The translations under genes and the position numbers were made by a program. A stretch of DNA of 63,860 bases, counting the filler, from Octopus bimaculoides (lineage: Eukaryota): the NCBI RefSeq assembly GCF_001194135.2. It is 5 parts of 5 records of this genome, joined end to end, with 100 filler letters (N's around TTAATTAATTAA, not from the genome) between each part and the next. Parts side by side here need not be neighbours in the genome. Positions count along the whole stretch, not along the records: positions 22,552 to 53,145 come from NC_068998.1; 4 more parts are not named here. The stretch is one strand, 5' to 3'. Shown here piece after piece: positions 24,730-38,053 of this stretch (the first letter of the stretch is position 1; each line of letters starts with the position of its first letter). Under the pieces are notes generated by a model. It saw only the letters and a program-made list of their open reading frames with translations, searched no databases and was not told where the DNA came from.

Positions 24730-24804
24730 CCTCTGAAGAGATTAAGCTCAGGAATATAATTTTAACACTTATTTTCATTGAGCTTAATTGAAACAGCTGT
24801 AAGG
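24730..24804 (+). ncRNA. Type I hammerhead ribozyme motif
   Basis: CCT CTGAAGA GATTAAGCTCA..28 nt..TGAGCTTAATT GAAA CAGCTG TA AGG: intact core, 11-bp stem II, palindromic stem III, GUA site, short stem I. Confidence 0.75.
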
Positions 24805-25040
24805 GATAATGATTGATTTTTGCTGATAATAAACTCTTATTAACTTCAATATCTCTATTTTCTTATTATTCATTTATATATATATTCATATATTTATAGA
24901 ACTCTGATACATTGGATCTTATACTCCCCACACCAAGTTCACTGTACTCTTTGCAGTTCTATTAATAAAGCATATTACTCTACTTGCAGTATTCGAGTAC
25001 AGTTTTTTCCACCTTGTTTCATATTTATGAGCTTACTCTC

Positions 25041-25071
<31 letters not shown>

Positions 25072-26102
25072 NNNNNNNNNNNNNNNNNNNNNNNNNNNNN
25101 NNNNNNNNNNNNNNNNNNNNNNNNNNNNNNNNNNNNNNNNNNNNNNNNNNNNNNNNNNNNNNNNNNNNNNNNNNNNNNNNNNNNNNNNNNNNNNNNNNNN
25201 NNNNNNNNNNNNNNNNNNNNNNNNNNNNNNNNNNNNNNNNNNNNNNNNNNNNNNNNNNNNNNNNNNNNNNNNNNNNNNNNNNNNNNNNNNNNNNNNNNNN
25301 NNNNNNNNNNNNNNNNNNNNNNNNNNNNNNNNNNNNNNNNNNNNNNNNNNNNNNNNNNNNNNNNNNNNNNNNNNNNNNNNNNNNNNNNNNNNNNNNNNNN
25401 NNNNNNNNNNNNNNNNNNNNNNNNNNNNNNNNNNNNNNNNNNNNNNNNNNNNNNNNNNNNNNNNNNNNNNNNNNNNNNNNNNNNNNNNNNNNNNNNNNNN
25501 NNNNNNNNNNNNNNNNNNNNNNNNNNNNNNNNNNNNNNNNNNNNNNNNNNNNNNNNNNNNNNNNNNNNNNNNNNNNNNNNNNNNNNNNNNNNNNNNNNNN
25601 NNNNNNNNNNNNNNNNNNNNNNNNNNNNNNNNNNNNNNNNNNNNNNNNNNNNNNNNNNNNNNNNNNNNNNNNNNNNNNNNNNNNNNNNNNNNNNNNNNNN
25701 NNNNNNNNNNNNNNNNNNNNNNNNNNNNNNNNNNNNNNNNNNNNNNNNNNNNNNNNNNNNNNNNNNNNNNNNNNNNNNNNNNNNNNNNNNNNNNNNNNNN
25801 NNNNNNNNNNNNNNNNNNNNNNNNNNNNNNNNNNNNNNNNNNNNNNNNNNNNNNNNNNNNNNNNNNNNNNNNNNNNNNNNNNNNNNNNNNNNNNNNNNNN
25901 NNNNNNNNNNNNNNNNNTATATCATCATCGTTTAACGTCTGCTTTCCATGCTAGCATGGGTTGGACGATTTGACTGAGGACTGGTGGATCAGGGGGCGAC
26001 ACCAGGCTCCAATCTGATTTGGCAGAGTTTCTACAGCTGGATGCCCTTCCTAACGCCAACCACTCTGAGAGTGTAGTGGGTGTTTTACGTGCCACATACT
26101 TT

Positions 26103-26256
26103 GAAGGTTGTTTGTTATGGCTGGTCAGAGACTGACCATTGGTTTCACACCTATATAGCACTTAGCTGCATAGGGGATGAGTTGCCTATTCAGCTGAGCA
26201 CTTTATAGCTGCAGGACCAATGGTGACTTTCTGACTGGCAATAACAAACAACCTTC
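26103..26256. repeat. Small fold-back with about 40-bp imperfect arms
   Basis: GAAGGTTGTTTGTTAT..GGTCAGA...CCATTGGT versus ACCAATGG...TCTGACT..ATAACAAACAACCTTC. Confidence 0.6.
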
Positions 26257-26325
26257 TAAAGATGCTACTACTCTATTGTTTTAGAGTGTGCTTCTTTTTC
26301 AGATATATGAACTACTGACATATAC

Positions 26326-26360
<35 letters not shown>

Positions 26361-27439
26361 AATATATGCTCACACATATATGCATATATATATATGTATG
26401 TATCTATGTATGCATATACAAATATGACAATCAGAATTTGACCAGTAAGCCGTAAATGAACACCTCCCTATTTTGGTAAGGAGTATATATGCTCTTTTTA
26501 TGTAAACATTTGATGAATGCAAACTTTCTGATAATAAAAGTGATCTAAACCCATTAGCAGTGAAACTGGCCACATCTGGCAAAAATATTCTACCTCTTTC
26601 ATGTTCATATGGGCCAGATCCACCTGTAGTTTCTTGATAGGGCAAAGCTTCTCTGATGTTTATTTCATCAATATATATATATATATATACATACCCTGCA
26701 ATGTCATTCTAAAAAGAAAGAATCAAATCATTAAAATGTCAAGTCTATGAGATAATGTATGATTAATTCATAACAATGTGAATAAATAAGCATTACATTT
26801 GACAGAGTAATCTGAATGCTAAAGGGGTAAAACAAAAATTACACAACAAAATCAGAGTAATCAATAGGAAGATAAACATGCTCCGAAGTAAGAATTGTGA
26901 TGAAGCACATTATTATGAACCAATCAGACATAAGTAATGCCAAAATCAATCTAACCAAAAGATATAAAACATAGGGTGAGCCTTCAACGATGCATAAAAA
27001 AAGGAATAAATGTGCAGAGTCATTTTGGTTCTTGCCTAATGATTCTGGTAGCATGAAAACTTTAGAGAGGAATTCAGTTTGGTTTGTGTGTGTGTGTGTG
27101 CACTATTTCCTGCAGAATATTGGACTGGAACTTAAACAATTGAAGAAAACCACCAAGGAGATTGCCCTGGCAGCTAACACAAGCTCAAGGTGGCTATGGT
27201 TGATAAGAGACTGCAAGTGAACCCTTCTGCAAATGAAAACTAATTCAGTCTTTGCTGCCCCACCCAAGAAAGGAAGACAGGCTAAGGAGTAAAATGCTTG
27301 TGATAACTCCACAAGACACCTGGTGATGTTATGGAATGGTTTCCAATATTGTGACAGACTTAGAAGAAGAGCTTGCAACACCTCTGAGTTGTACCTAAAG
27401 TTTCTTCATAGGGCAAAGCTTCGCTGATATTTATTTCAT

Positions 27440-27478
<39 letters not shown>

Positions 27479-27570
27479 TATATCTGTATATGTATGTATA
27501 TATCCTCTGTGTGTGTATCTATGTATATCTATATTTATCTCTCTCTCTCTCTCTCTCTATCTATCTACCT

Positions 27571-27601
<31 letters not shown>

Positions 27602-27739
27602 TATATGTAATGGAACTCTGATTTATGTATGTTTCTCATTATGAACAAATCAGTTCATAATCAATTTTTTTAACATAAAACATCTCAGGTGAAGAACGGC
27701 CTTCAGGAAGAAATTAAATTTGTAAACCAAGGTTCCACT

Positions 27740-27772
<33 letters not shown>

Positions 27773-27878
27773 TATGTATGTATTTATATATGTGTGTGCA
27801 CGTGTATGTGTATGTGTGTGAGTGTACGTTTGTCTGAGTATGTGTATGTATTTGTCTTTGAGTGTGTGCATGTATATG

Positions 27879-27912
<34 letters not shown>

Positions 27913-28274
27913 TTTTATGATTGCTATAAGACATCAGCAACCAATTGTTAAAATTCATTTTACTTATATTTTATATCATTAGTGAAGACTAGTGATGGAA
28001 AGGGGTGATTTATTATGAACTTCTCCACTCTGGACTCTTATATGAACCAACAGGTCAGTACAGAGTGTACTATTGATTAATAAATGAATGACAAAAAAAT
28101 AGGAGTTATGTAACTACTTCCATTTGTTTACAGTTGTTTCTGCTTTAAGGAATAATGTTCCCAGTGTTCAGTGCACATGCAACATCTTATAGCTTCCTTA
28201 GAACCATTTGAATATATACACACAGAGAGGCACACACACATATATATGTGCATGCATGTGTGTATATGTGTGTG

Positions 28275-28338
<64 letters not shown>

Positions 28339-29167
28339 NNNNNNNNNNNNNNNNNNNNNNNNNNNNNNNNNNNNNNNNNNNNNNNNNNNNNNNNNNNNNN
28401 NNNNNNNNNNNNNNNNNNNNNNNNNNNNNNNNNNNNNNNNNNNNNNNNNNNNNNNNNNNNNNNNNNNNNNNNNNNNNNNNNNNNNNNNNNNNNNNNNNNN
28501 NNNNNNNNNNNNNNNNNNNNNNNNNNNNNNNNNNNNNNNNNNNNNNNNNNNNNNNNNNNNNNNNNNNNNNNNNNNNNNNNNNNNNNNNNNNNNNNNNNNN
28601 NNNNNNNNNNNNNNNNNNNNNNNNNNNNNNNNNNNNNNNNNNNNNNNNNNNNNNNNNNNNNNNNNNNNNNNNNNNNNNNNNNNNNNNNNNNNNNNNNNNN
28701 NNNNNNNNNNNNNNNNNNNNNNNNNNNNNNNNNNNNNNNNNNNNNNNNNNNNNNNNNNNNNNNNNNNNNNNNNNNNNNNNNNNNNNNNNNNNNNNNNNNN
28801 NNNNNNNNNNNNNNNNNNNNNNATATATATATGTACATACATACATACATATATGTGTGTGTGTGTGTATGTTTGAAATAATAGCAGAAGACAAACAACA
28901 CAAGTCATATTTTGGATATTCATTTCTTACAGAGTTATTGAAAATAATGTAGGATACAGATATTTGAAATATCACCAATATCATTTGTCTTCTCTTATTC
29001 TTGCACTCTGCATCCACTCTAGGGAGTTCCTCATAATATGCAACCTTCTGCACATTAGTGCACTGATTTCCGATGTTCACAGTTTCATGTAATGTAATGC
29101 ATTGAGCTCTAAAGTTAATGGTTGTTCCTTGTGTTTAAGTACTAAGTCGGAAAGCTGTGCACACATG

Positions 29168-29205
<38 letters not shown>

Positions 29206-29390
29206 TATATATATACACACATATATATATATATATACACATATATGTGTGTATATATATATATATATGGATATATATGCAAACACATATACATACATAT
29301 ATATTGTTGTTTAACGTCCGCTTTCCACGCTAGCATGGGTTATGTATGTATGTATTTATGTATGTGTGTGTATATATATATATGTATATA

Positions 29391-29431
<41 letters not shown>

Positions 29432-30167
29432 NNNNNNNNNNNNNNNNNNNNNNNNNNNNNNNNNNNNNNNNNNNNNNNNNNNNNNNNNNNNNNNNNNNNN
29501 NNNNNNNNNNNNNNNNNNNNNNNNNNNNNNNNNNNNNNNNNNNNNNNNNNNNNNNNNNNNNNNNNNNNNNNNNNNNNNNNNNNNNNNNNNNNNNNNNNNN
29601 NNNNNNNNNNNNNNNNNNNNNNNNNNNNNNNNNNNNNNNNNNNNNNNNNNNNNNNNNNNNNNNNNNNNNNNNNNNNNNNNNNNNNNNNNNNNNNNNNNNN
29701 NNNNNNNNNNNNNNNNNNNNNNNNNNNNNNNNNNNNNNNNNNNNNNNNNNNNNNNNNNNNNNNNNNNNNNNNNNNNNNNNNNNNNNNNNNNNNNNNNNNN
29801 NNNNNNNNNNNNNNNNNNNNNNNNNNNNNNNNNNNNNNNNNNNNNNNNNNNNNNNNNNNNNNNNNNNNNNNNNNNNNNNNNNNNNNNNNNNNNNNNNNNN
29901 NNNNNNNNNNNNNNNNNNNNNNNNNNNNNNNNNNNNNNNNNNNNNNNNNNNNNNNNNNNNNNNNNNNNNNNNNNNNNNNNNNNNNNNNNNNNNNNNNNNN
30001 NNNNNNNNNNNNNNNNNNNNNNNNNNNNNNGATATATATACAGACACATACATATATATACATAAATAAATATATATATGTATTTATATATATTTGTATA
30101 CATGTATACATACATATATATATACACACACACATATATATATATATACACACACACATATATATAT

Positions 30168-30198
<31 letters not shown>

Positions 30199-30232
30199 CA
30201 TATACATAAATATATACATACATACATACATG

Positions 30233-30264
<32 letters not shown>

Positions 30265-30703
30265 CTTACATACATACACATGTACATATATAACCTATAT
30301 GAACTCATTTCTTATAAAAATGTTTCTAAACTTCTATTGAAAATAGCAAATTTACAGATGATTCCTATGGTAAATTTACAAGTTCTTCTCTCAAGACCAA
30401 CATCGTATTCCAAATAGTTATTGAAACCATTAAAATGATTGGATGTTTTTCTTTTTTTTTTTTTGCAGGAAGCATCTTAGAAAATATTTTCTCACATAAT
30501 TTTTCAAAATTGTGACAGGAAAAAAAAAAAAAGGAAATGCAAGATTATAATAAAGTATATAATGCAACAAAAAAAATAATAATTGTAAAAATTGACCACA
30601 ATGTTTTTCTCTTTTTTTTTTGATAATTATTATTGTTGATATGTTATTATAGAATTTTCTTTTCATGGTCTGTTTGTGTAATTGACCAATCACTCTGGCA
30701 CGT

Positions 30704-30850
30704 TTATATTGCCTGATGGTCCAACCAATCAGATACTCTCTTATAGTTCTCATCCATCAATTTAATGTTCGATTTAATGTATGAAATAACCTCTTCATAC
30801 TGATCTCTGTATTTATTGACATATTGGTCTTTTGTCATCCAATATTTCAC
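30704..30850 (-). CDS. Aminopeptidase N-like last coding exon (VKYWMTKDQYVNKYRDQYEEVISYIKSNIKLMDENYKRVSDWLDHQAI*)
   Basis: Acceptor ATTCTACAG, phase 0, in-frame stop; 'NI..M..N...V..WL' C-terminal APN motif. The ten exons total 1177 nt = 1 + 392 codons with no internal stop. Confidence 0.9.
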   Translation of the reverse strand: MKYWMTKDQYVNKYRDQYEEVISYIKSNIKLMDENYKRVSDWLDHQAI

Positions 30851-31284
30851 CTGTAGAATAAAAATAAATAAATAGATAAATAAATAAAAGGGAATCAAAA
30901 AGTAAAAAAAAAAAAAAATCAACAATCAAAGTAGAGATAAAGTTTTTAAAATAGATCATAAAATTTGAAAGGTTGCTTTGGTCCAATGGTAGAAAGCCTG
31001 TCATTGCTACAGAAGATGTGGATTTCAGTCCCATGAGCAGCCTTTCTATCCAAAGGTGTTTTTGAACCTAATATTTACATAATATTGTACTGTGTAACAG
31101 AAGTTTTATATTTTTTTTTTGCCTTTGGTCAGTAAGTGTTATTTCCTATTTGCTTCTACCTAGAAATCAAAGGAAACGACTACTATTCCCTTCTAACTTT
31201 GCTTTTGCGACCTAGACATCAATGTTTTGAAACTGACCTATTTTCATTACATTTCAGATAGCTTCACTGCTGAGTTGCTGAAGC

Positions 31285-31364
31285 AGAATTTTCTAGAACT
31301 TTCTAGAAATTTCAAGAACTTTTGAGAAGTTTCTAAAAAGTTTCAAGAATTTCTAGAACATTCT
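31285..31364. promoter_or_regulatory. Heat-shock-element-like array (alternating nGAAn/nTTCn)
   Basis: Ten in-phase pentamers at 31285-31334 (nine perfect) plus further units after small phase shifts; function unproven. Confidence 0.45.
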
Positions 31365-31809
31365 GGCAACATAGATGACAGAATAAATACAGGGATCAAA
31401 AGCCCAACAATTCAGTTTACTGCTAACTGTCCAAGGGGAGATAAGTTTGAGGAACGTAAAGATTGAAGGAGATATTAGCCATTTTTCATTCTTTCTAGGG
31501 ATAAGCAATAGGAAATAACACTGTGTTATTTGTAGCTTTACATGTGCAGCTTTTTTAATTCCATATGTCTGACACTCGTGGACATGCTCACAAAATCAAA
31601 AAACAACACAACACCCATGACACACACACACACACACACATGTACACGCACACACACACATATATATATAGGCAGTTCATGAGCATTAGTCAATCAACTG
31701 TAAAATGGCATACACATTTGTTTGAACACATATTAATAAAGAAAAATAAATAGAAGATTCTCCTCAGGAAAGATTTAAAAAAAAAACACCCTGAAATAAA
31801 TCTTTTTAC

Positions 31810-31888
31810 CTCTTTTAATCCAAATTCATCATTAAACTTTTTTGATATTCCACGGAATGTAGACCAGGGCAAGTTTTGATCTGCAAAC
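31810..31888 (-). CDS. Aminopeptidase N-like penultimate exon (FADQNLPWSTFRGISKKFNDEFGLKE)
   Basis: Acceptor CTATTACAG, donor GTAAAA, 79 nt, phase 2 to 0; keeps the frame into the last exon. Confidence 0.85.
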
Positions 31889-33095
31889 CTGTAATAGTAA
31901 TAAAAAAGAAAGAAATTAAAAAAAAAGCAAATTAGAATTTTTGTACATCTTTAGTCTTTATCTTTTAATCTTTTATTTTGTACTTGTTTCAGTCATTAGA
32001 CTGTTGCCATGCTGGGGCACCGCCTTGAATAATTTTTAGTCAAATGAACCGATTCCAAGATTTTTTTTAAAGCCTGATACTTAATCTATTGTTTTGTTTT
32101 TTTTGCTGAGCTTCTACATTATGGGGACGTAAACAAACCAACACTTGTTAAGCTGTAGTGTGGGACAAACACAGGCGCAAAGACATACACAGACACAAAG
32201 ACATACATTCATTGATATCCTCCTCATCATCATCATTTAATGTCTGTTTTCCCTGCTGGCATGGGTTGGACAGTTTAACAGATGCCTCGGCTCCGTATCC
32301 CTTTTTGGCATGGTTTCTACAGTTAGATGCTCTTCTCAATGCCAACCACTTCACAGCATGTACTGGATGTTTTTACATCCAGTGCAACACCAGCATGGGT
32401 GCTTTTTATGTAGCACTGGTATGGGTGCTTTTTACATGGCACCAGCACTCATGACTTGCAAGATTAGGAATGCTCAGCTGAAGAGGAACACAAGGACCAA
32501 AGGGGGATGCAGGAACTGACGATAGGTTTCCTTCAGTTTCCGTCTATCAAATCCACTCACAAGGCTTTGGTTGGCTCGAGGCTATAGTAGAAGACATTTG
32601 CCCAAGGTGCAATGCAATGGGACTGAACCTGGAACCATGTAGTTAGGAAGCAAGCCTTTTATCACATGGCCATACCTGAATGTTAATGTCATTTTTTCTT
32701 TTATATTGTTAGGTTGGAAATTGGGAAAGTCTTTAAGGAGTCAGATGAAACAGTTTGCAGTATTAATGTGGATGGATGGAGTGAGGAGAGCTTTGGTGGT
32801 TATAGGTGTTTGAGTGAGAAAGGCAACAGAGTTTATCAATGATAGATAAGCTTGGAGAGTGTTTGTGGATGGATGAGTGAATTTGATGTTGCTCTAAGGG
32901 GTATGGAACCAGCATGATGTGGTGGGGGTAAACCAGCATATGCTGTTGGGCCCCGCTGCTGATATTGGGGGTTGCATTCTATACCTTGACCTGAGCATAG
33001 AACGGGGCTCACCTCTTTGAGCTGGGAAATGAATGGACTGCCTGGTATGTGTCTTGTGGCTACCCCCTCCTAAAAAAATGGGGAATAGGCCTGGG

Positions 33096-33129
<34 letters not shown>

Positions 33130-33455
33130 GAAGTGTCCTGCATTTTGAGTTCAAATTCTGTGTAGGTCAACTTTACTTTTCATAAATAATACTGCATTGT
33201 TAAAATAGTGTTAATACTGAAAGGTAATGTTTATCTCCACTCTAAAAGAATATCCACATTTAAGTGGGGGGAAAAATTACCCCTCATTGTACTGTTCATG
33301 AGATACAAATCATTAACTCAGCATTTGGCAGATTAAAATCTTGAAAAATCAGCCAGCTTTTGTTCATGCAAAATAGTTACCTTGCAACAATAGCAGCTGA
33401 AACATTTCAGTTAATAAAATAGTTCTGCGAGGAAAAAAACAAACAAAATTCTTAC

Positions 33456-33596
33456 TTTGTAGCAAGTTCATCCCAGTTTGATCGAATAAAATCCCAGACA
33501 ATCTTTTCTCCAATAGGATTACTTGATATACCACTTAAAACAGTGCTGACATCTTGGTAACGAATTTTTTCTGGATTCATTGAGATTTTCAAATAC
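33456..33596 (-). CDS. Aminopeptidase N-like exon (YLKISMNPEKIRYQDVSTVLSGISSNPIGEKIVWDFIRSNWDELAT)
   Basis: Acceptor CAACCACAG, donor GTAAGA, 141 nt, phase 2 to 2; 'IR.QD.......I..N..G....W.F...NW' motif. Confidence 0.95.
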
Positions 33597-34435
33597 CTGT
33601 GGTTGTAAAAGAAATGCCAAGGTGATAAACAATAACTAAACTAACGAACAAAAAAAAATTTAAAAAGGCAAATATACTGCTTCAGTGATTTAATTAATGT
33701 TCACAAAATACTATGGTCTACATCAATAATTTCAAAAGCCTATAAAGTTGGTTCATCATAATCGTCATCAACATTTAATGTCTGTTTTCCATGCTGGCAT
33801 GGGTTGGATGACTTGATAGGAACTGGCAAAGCCAAGGGCCACTCCAGGTTGTGTAGTCTGTTTTGACACTGGATTTTTATGGCTGGGTTCCCTTTCTAAT
33901 ACCAGCCACTTTACAGAGTGTACTGGGTGCTTTTTACATGGCACCATCACTAGAGCTTTGTACATGGTCCCAACACCAGTGCTTTTTGTATGGTACTAGC
34001 ACCAGTGCTTTTTTTATGTGGCACCAGCACCAGTCCTTTATACGTGGCATCAGCACCCACACCAATGCATTTTAAGTGGCACTTTGGTTTTAGGATCTCA
34101 ATTCTGTGGTGGTGGGCAGGTCTTTTCAAGTACAACAATGCACAACATATCCCAGTCCTCTGTCATCTTCTTTGTAGGGCTTAGCGTTCTGAGGTTGGGT
34201 ATATGAAAATTGTTTGGAGGTCTGTTGGATGTATTGTATTTTCAGTTCAGAGATCCAGCCTTGCCTGAACAGACTGTCACTCTGATTCAACTTCAGAGTT
34301 ACATTAACCCTTTTGATACCAGATGTTCAAGACACTCTTAGTTCTATGTTGCAAACTTCATGTTTTAAAGTGCTCTAAATCATAACCTACCATAAAAATT
34401 TCATGTTGATTTATATTCTATACACCACTCCATAA

Positions 34436-34820
34436 GTGGAGGCGCAATGGCCCAGTGGTTAGGGCAGCGGACTCGTGGTCATAGGATCGCGGTTTCGATT
34501 CCCAGACCGGGCGTTGTGAGTGTTTATTGAGCGAAAACACCTAAAGCTCCACGAGGCTCCGGCAGGGGATGGTGGCGAACCCTGCTGTACTCTTCCACCA
34601 CAACTTTCTCTCACTCTTTCTTCCTATTTCTGTTGTACCTGTAATTCAAAGGGCCCGCCTTGTCACACTGTGTCACGCTGAATATCCCCGAGAACTATGT
34701 TAAGGGTACACATGACTGTGGAGTGCTCAGCCACTTGCACGTTAATTTCACGAGCAGGCTGTTCCGTTGATCGGATCAACTGGAACCCTCGTTGTCGTAA
34801 GCAACGGAGACCCAACAACA
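34436..34820 (+). mobile_element. Full-length tRNA-derived SINE, family A
   Basis: Same consensus as 21223-21591; TSD-like ACCAC(T/C)CCATAAG; a 3' fragment lies reversed at about 42178-42385. Confidence 0.85.
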
Positions 34821-35201
34821 ACCACCCCATAAGTTAGTAAATTTTACACTATTTTCAAAATCAAATGAAAAAAAAAAAATGGCGAAACAGAAATATAACA
34901 AAACAAAAATATGATAACAAAAGAATTCCGAGTACAGGTGACTGTGGAATACTTGACCATTTACATGCTAATTCAATGAGCAGGTAATTCAGCTTGTTGG
35001 ACAATTGAATACTCATCATCAGAACTGACAGAGATCCATTTACATTATTCTGTTCTCTTTGCCGGTTGTGGTGGAAGGGGAAGTAACTATGGCCTTCAAG
35101 ACTTGTGCAGTGTGTGTGTGTGTGTGTGTAAGTGAGCAATGTCATTAATGTTCTTGGGCCATTGCAAATTAACACCAGCAGGAAAGACTCAAACAGGGAA
35201 G

Positions 35202-36054
35202 GGATCTTTGGGGTTTGACGGGCAACATTTTTTATGTAGTGTTTTTGGTACCAAAACACTTTCAAACTTTGTATACTTGTATATTTTGTGGTATAGAACA
35301 GATAAAAAATTTTGTATTCGAGGTTATTTCACGTTAAAAATTGTCTTATTTCGATAATTTCAACTAATCACTGACATCTATTCAGTTGAAAACAGTTAGC
35401 GCTGTAACGGTGTATATCGTATTAATCCCCGTTAGTTCTGACATTTCCGATTAACTAGACTGTTCGTAAACAAAGGGGAAAAAGCCATCAAAATACTTGA
35501 ATATTGCCTGCACTTGTTATTGGAGCTACCAGAATTATTAATGCACCTCCAAGTGCTTCATTTCCTAGAAATAGCAGCCAAATCTTCTTTAAAACAAACT
35601 CTAGTTTAGGGCTAGGGTTCGGGTTTTAGAGTTAGGGTTGGGGTTATGAGTGAAGTTATGGCAAAAATAATCATAACCCTAACTGTAACCCTAAAACTAA
35701 CCCTAACTCTAGAATCCAAACTCTAAAATTGTTACACACACAGATACGCACAGAGTAATTTATTATATAAACGATATATGCGTATAAATTATGATTAAAC
35801 TGGATGAAACATGTCACAGGGAATAACATTTTTATGACCGGCCAGCAGTAACTGTTTTCAGCTGAATAGACATCAGTGATTGGTTGAAATTACAGAAATA
35901 CGACAACTTTAACATGAAATAACTTGCGATGTACAAAATTTTGTTAAGAAGGTTAAGAGAAGAAGTTGTTTTATATGACACATTCTATTAGTGTCCCAAG
36001 TTTGAAAGTGTTTCGTTAAGAAAACAAATGTTGCCCGTCAAACCCCAAAGATCC
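35202..36054. mobile_element. Longer member of the GGATC-TIR MITE family
   Basis: TIRs GGATCTTTGGGGTTTGACGGGCAACATTT; perfect 8-bp TSD CAGGGAAG; subterminal sequence shared with 11203-11749; degenerate TTAGGG/TAACCC arrays. Confidence 0.85.
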
Positions 36055-36496
36055 CAGGGAAGAATTTCCAAAGGCTGAGGTTCTATGAAACAAAGGAAAA
36101 ACTGGTCATAGTGGTAAGTGTAGTACGTGGAGATTGGACACAACAATGGTGATGAGATAAGGGGAGACAAGTAAGGCTGGAATGTCTGAGTGGAGTTGGC
36201 ATTATTAACCTAGCTAAGTTTGAGGAGCTGAGAAGATTATAGTAGCAAGAGAAAAAAGGCAAGGAGAGGGGACAGTATGCTGGTGAGTCAAAGGCTGGAA
36301 TGTGTCTGGGTGATTTTGCACTGATTAGAAGGTGGATTTTTTTCTGGATGTCATTTAGGATATCTGTTGGTATTAGGAAGGGCATCCAGCTGTAGAAACT
36401 CTGCCAAATCAGATTGGAACCTGGTGTAACCATCTGGTTCACCAGTCCTCAATCAAATTGTCCAACCCATGCTAGCATGGAAAGCGGACATTAAAC

Positions 36497-36533
<37 letters not shown>

Positions 36534-36540
36534 TATGCAC

Positions 36541-36903
36541 AGCAACCACACTCAGAATTGCTAAAGCATGGAATAAATTGCCCTCATCAGTTGTTAACTA
36601 ATGGAACACAACATCCTTCCTGAAGTTTGCCAACAGTACACATAATGCCCCCAGCCCTGTTTTTTTTTAATGAATTATTCACTGTTCACGTCTGGTGCAT
36701 ATTTTATATATTGTTCATGCAGTTTTGGTTATACTTTCTGATGAGTTGTAGTGTATCTGAGCACTATACACTATAAATTCATTATTATTATTATTATTAT
36801 TACTATTATTATTATTACTATTATTATTATTACCATTATTATTATTATCATTATTATTATTATCATTATTATTATTATCATTATTATTATTATCATTATT
36901 ATT

Positions 36904-36980
<77 letters not shown>
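36541..36980 (+). mobile_element. CR1/L2-like LINE 3' end with (ATT)n tail
   Basis: RIAKAWNKLPSSVVN resembles the CR1/L2 'RV...WN.LP..VV' motif, followed by a terminal stem-loop and about 200 bp of (ATT)n. Confidence 0.55.
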
Positions 36981-36981
<1 letters not shown>

Positions 36982-38053
36982 TTTTTTTTAAGGCGGTAAG
37001 CTGGCAGAACTGTTAACATGCCGGGCAAAATGCTTTGCAGCATTTAGCTTGTCTTTACATTCTGAGTTCAAATTCCGCCAAGGTCGACTTTGCCTTTCGT
37101 CCTTTTTGGGTCAATAAAATAATTACCAGTTGAGTACTGGGGTCAATGTATTTGATTCATCTCCTCCTCCAAAATTGCTGGCCTTGTGCGAAAATTTGAA
37201 ATCATCATCATCATCATCATTGTTGTTGTTATTGTTATCATCCCAGATGTGAGAGCAATACTTCACTGTGGATCTCACATATAAGTAATTGGGCTAGGTG
37301 TCCTGTCTGAGTATAACTTTATATCCTGATTCACTGTTTTCTACAGTAGCAATCCATATCTTGTAGTTTCAATCCCCCTTTACCTCCTGACCTGTCTTAG
37401 AGACCCTGGGGAAAAGGTTATGGAGAGGTACTGTCCTATTGCTACCACAAGGTTCAGTTCTTATTGCAGTGTTGTGGCTTGGGTGCCTCAGTAATTCTAA
37501 GAACTATGTTAGCAGAGAACAAACTCAGGTCAAAGGGTAGAAGCCAGAATAATATAGACCACTTCTTCTCAGAGATAAAAAAGAGTTTGCATAGGGTCAA
37601 CATCCCTACTTAGAAAAATGTAAAGTTATAGAAACATCGATGACAATTCAGAGCCAACAATACCTGGGAGGGGAAGGTCTTCCCTTAGGGAAATACATGA
37701 TGCATTGCAGCAAAATTCAAAAGGAAGCTACAAGGTTGCTTCCCATCACCTTTCTCACCACCAGGAGAACCCACAAGGGAGACAAAAGAGAGGACGTCCT
37801 AAAAATAGCTGGATGTGGGATACTGAAGCAAAGTTTAAAAAGTAGGGATCTCACTGGAGAGAAGATTAGACAACTCAAAGTCAAGAACAATGATGAAAAG
37901 TCATCGATAGCCTTTTCTCCATAGAGAGCAAAGGTTTAAGTAAGTTAGTCAACCCATCTGTCTTGGAGGCCCTCAGGAAAAAGTTATGAAGTGGCACCAT
38001 TCTGTTGCCTTATCTTCTGTAACTAAACCAAAGGTAGAGTAATATTGACTTAC

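Noticed and set aside
34975-35025. Minus-strand CTGATGA-TGAG...CTCA-TTGAAT
   Set aside because: GAAA box is broken and no stem III; at most a highly decayed motif.
36738-36780. CTGATGA followed by an 11-bp hairpin
   Set aside because: No GAAA box follows; better explained as the 3' stem-loop of a CR1/L2-like LINE before its (ATT)n tail.
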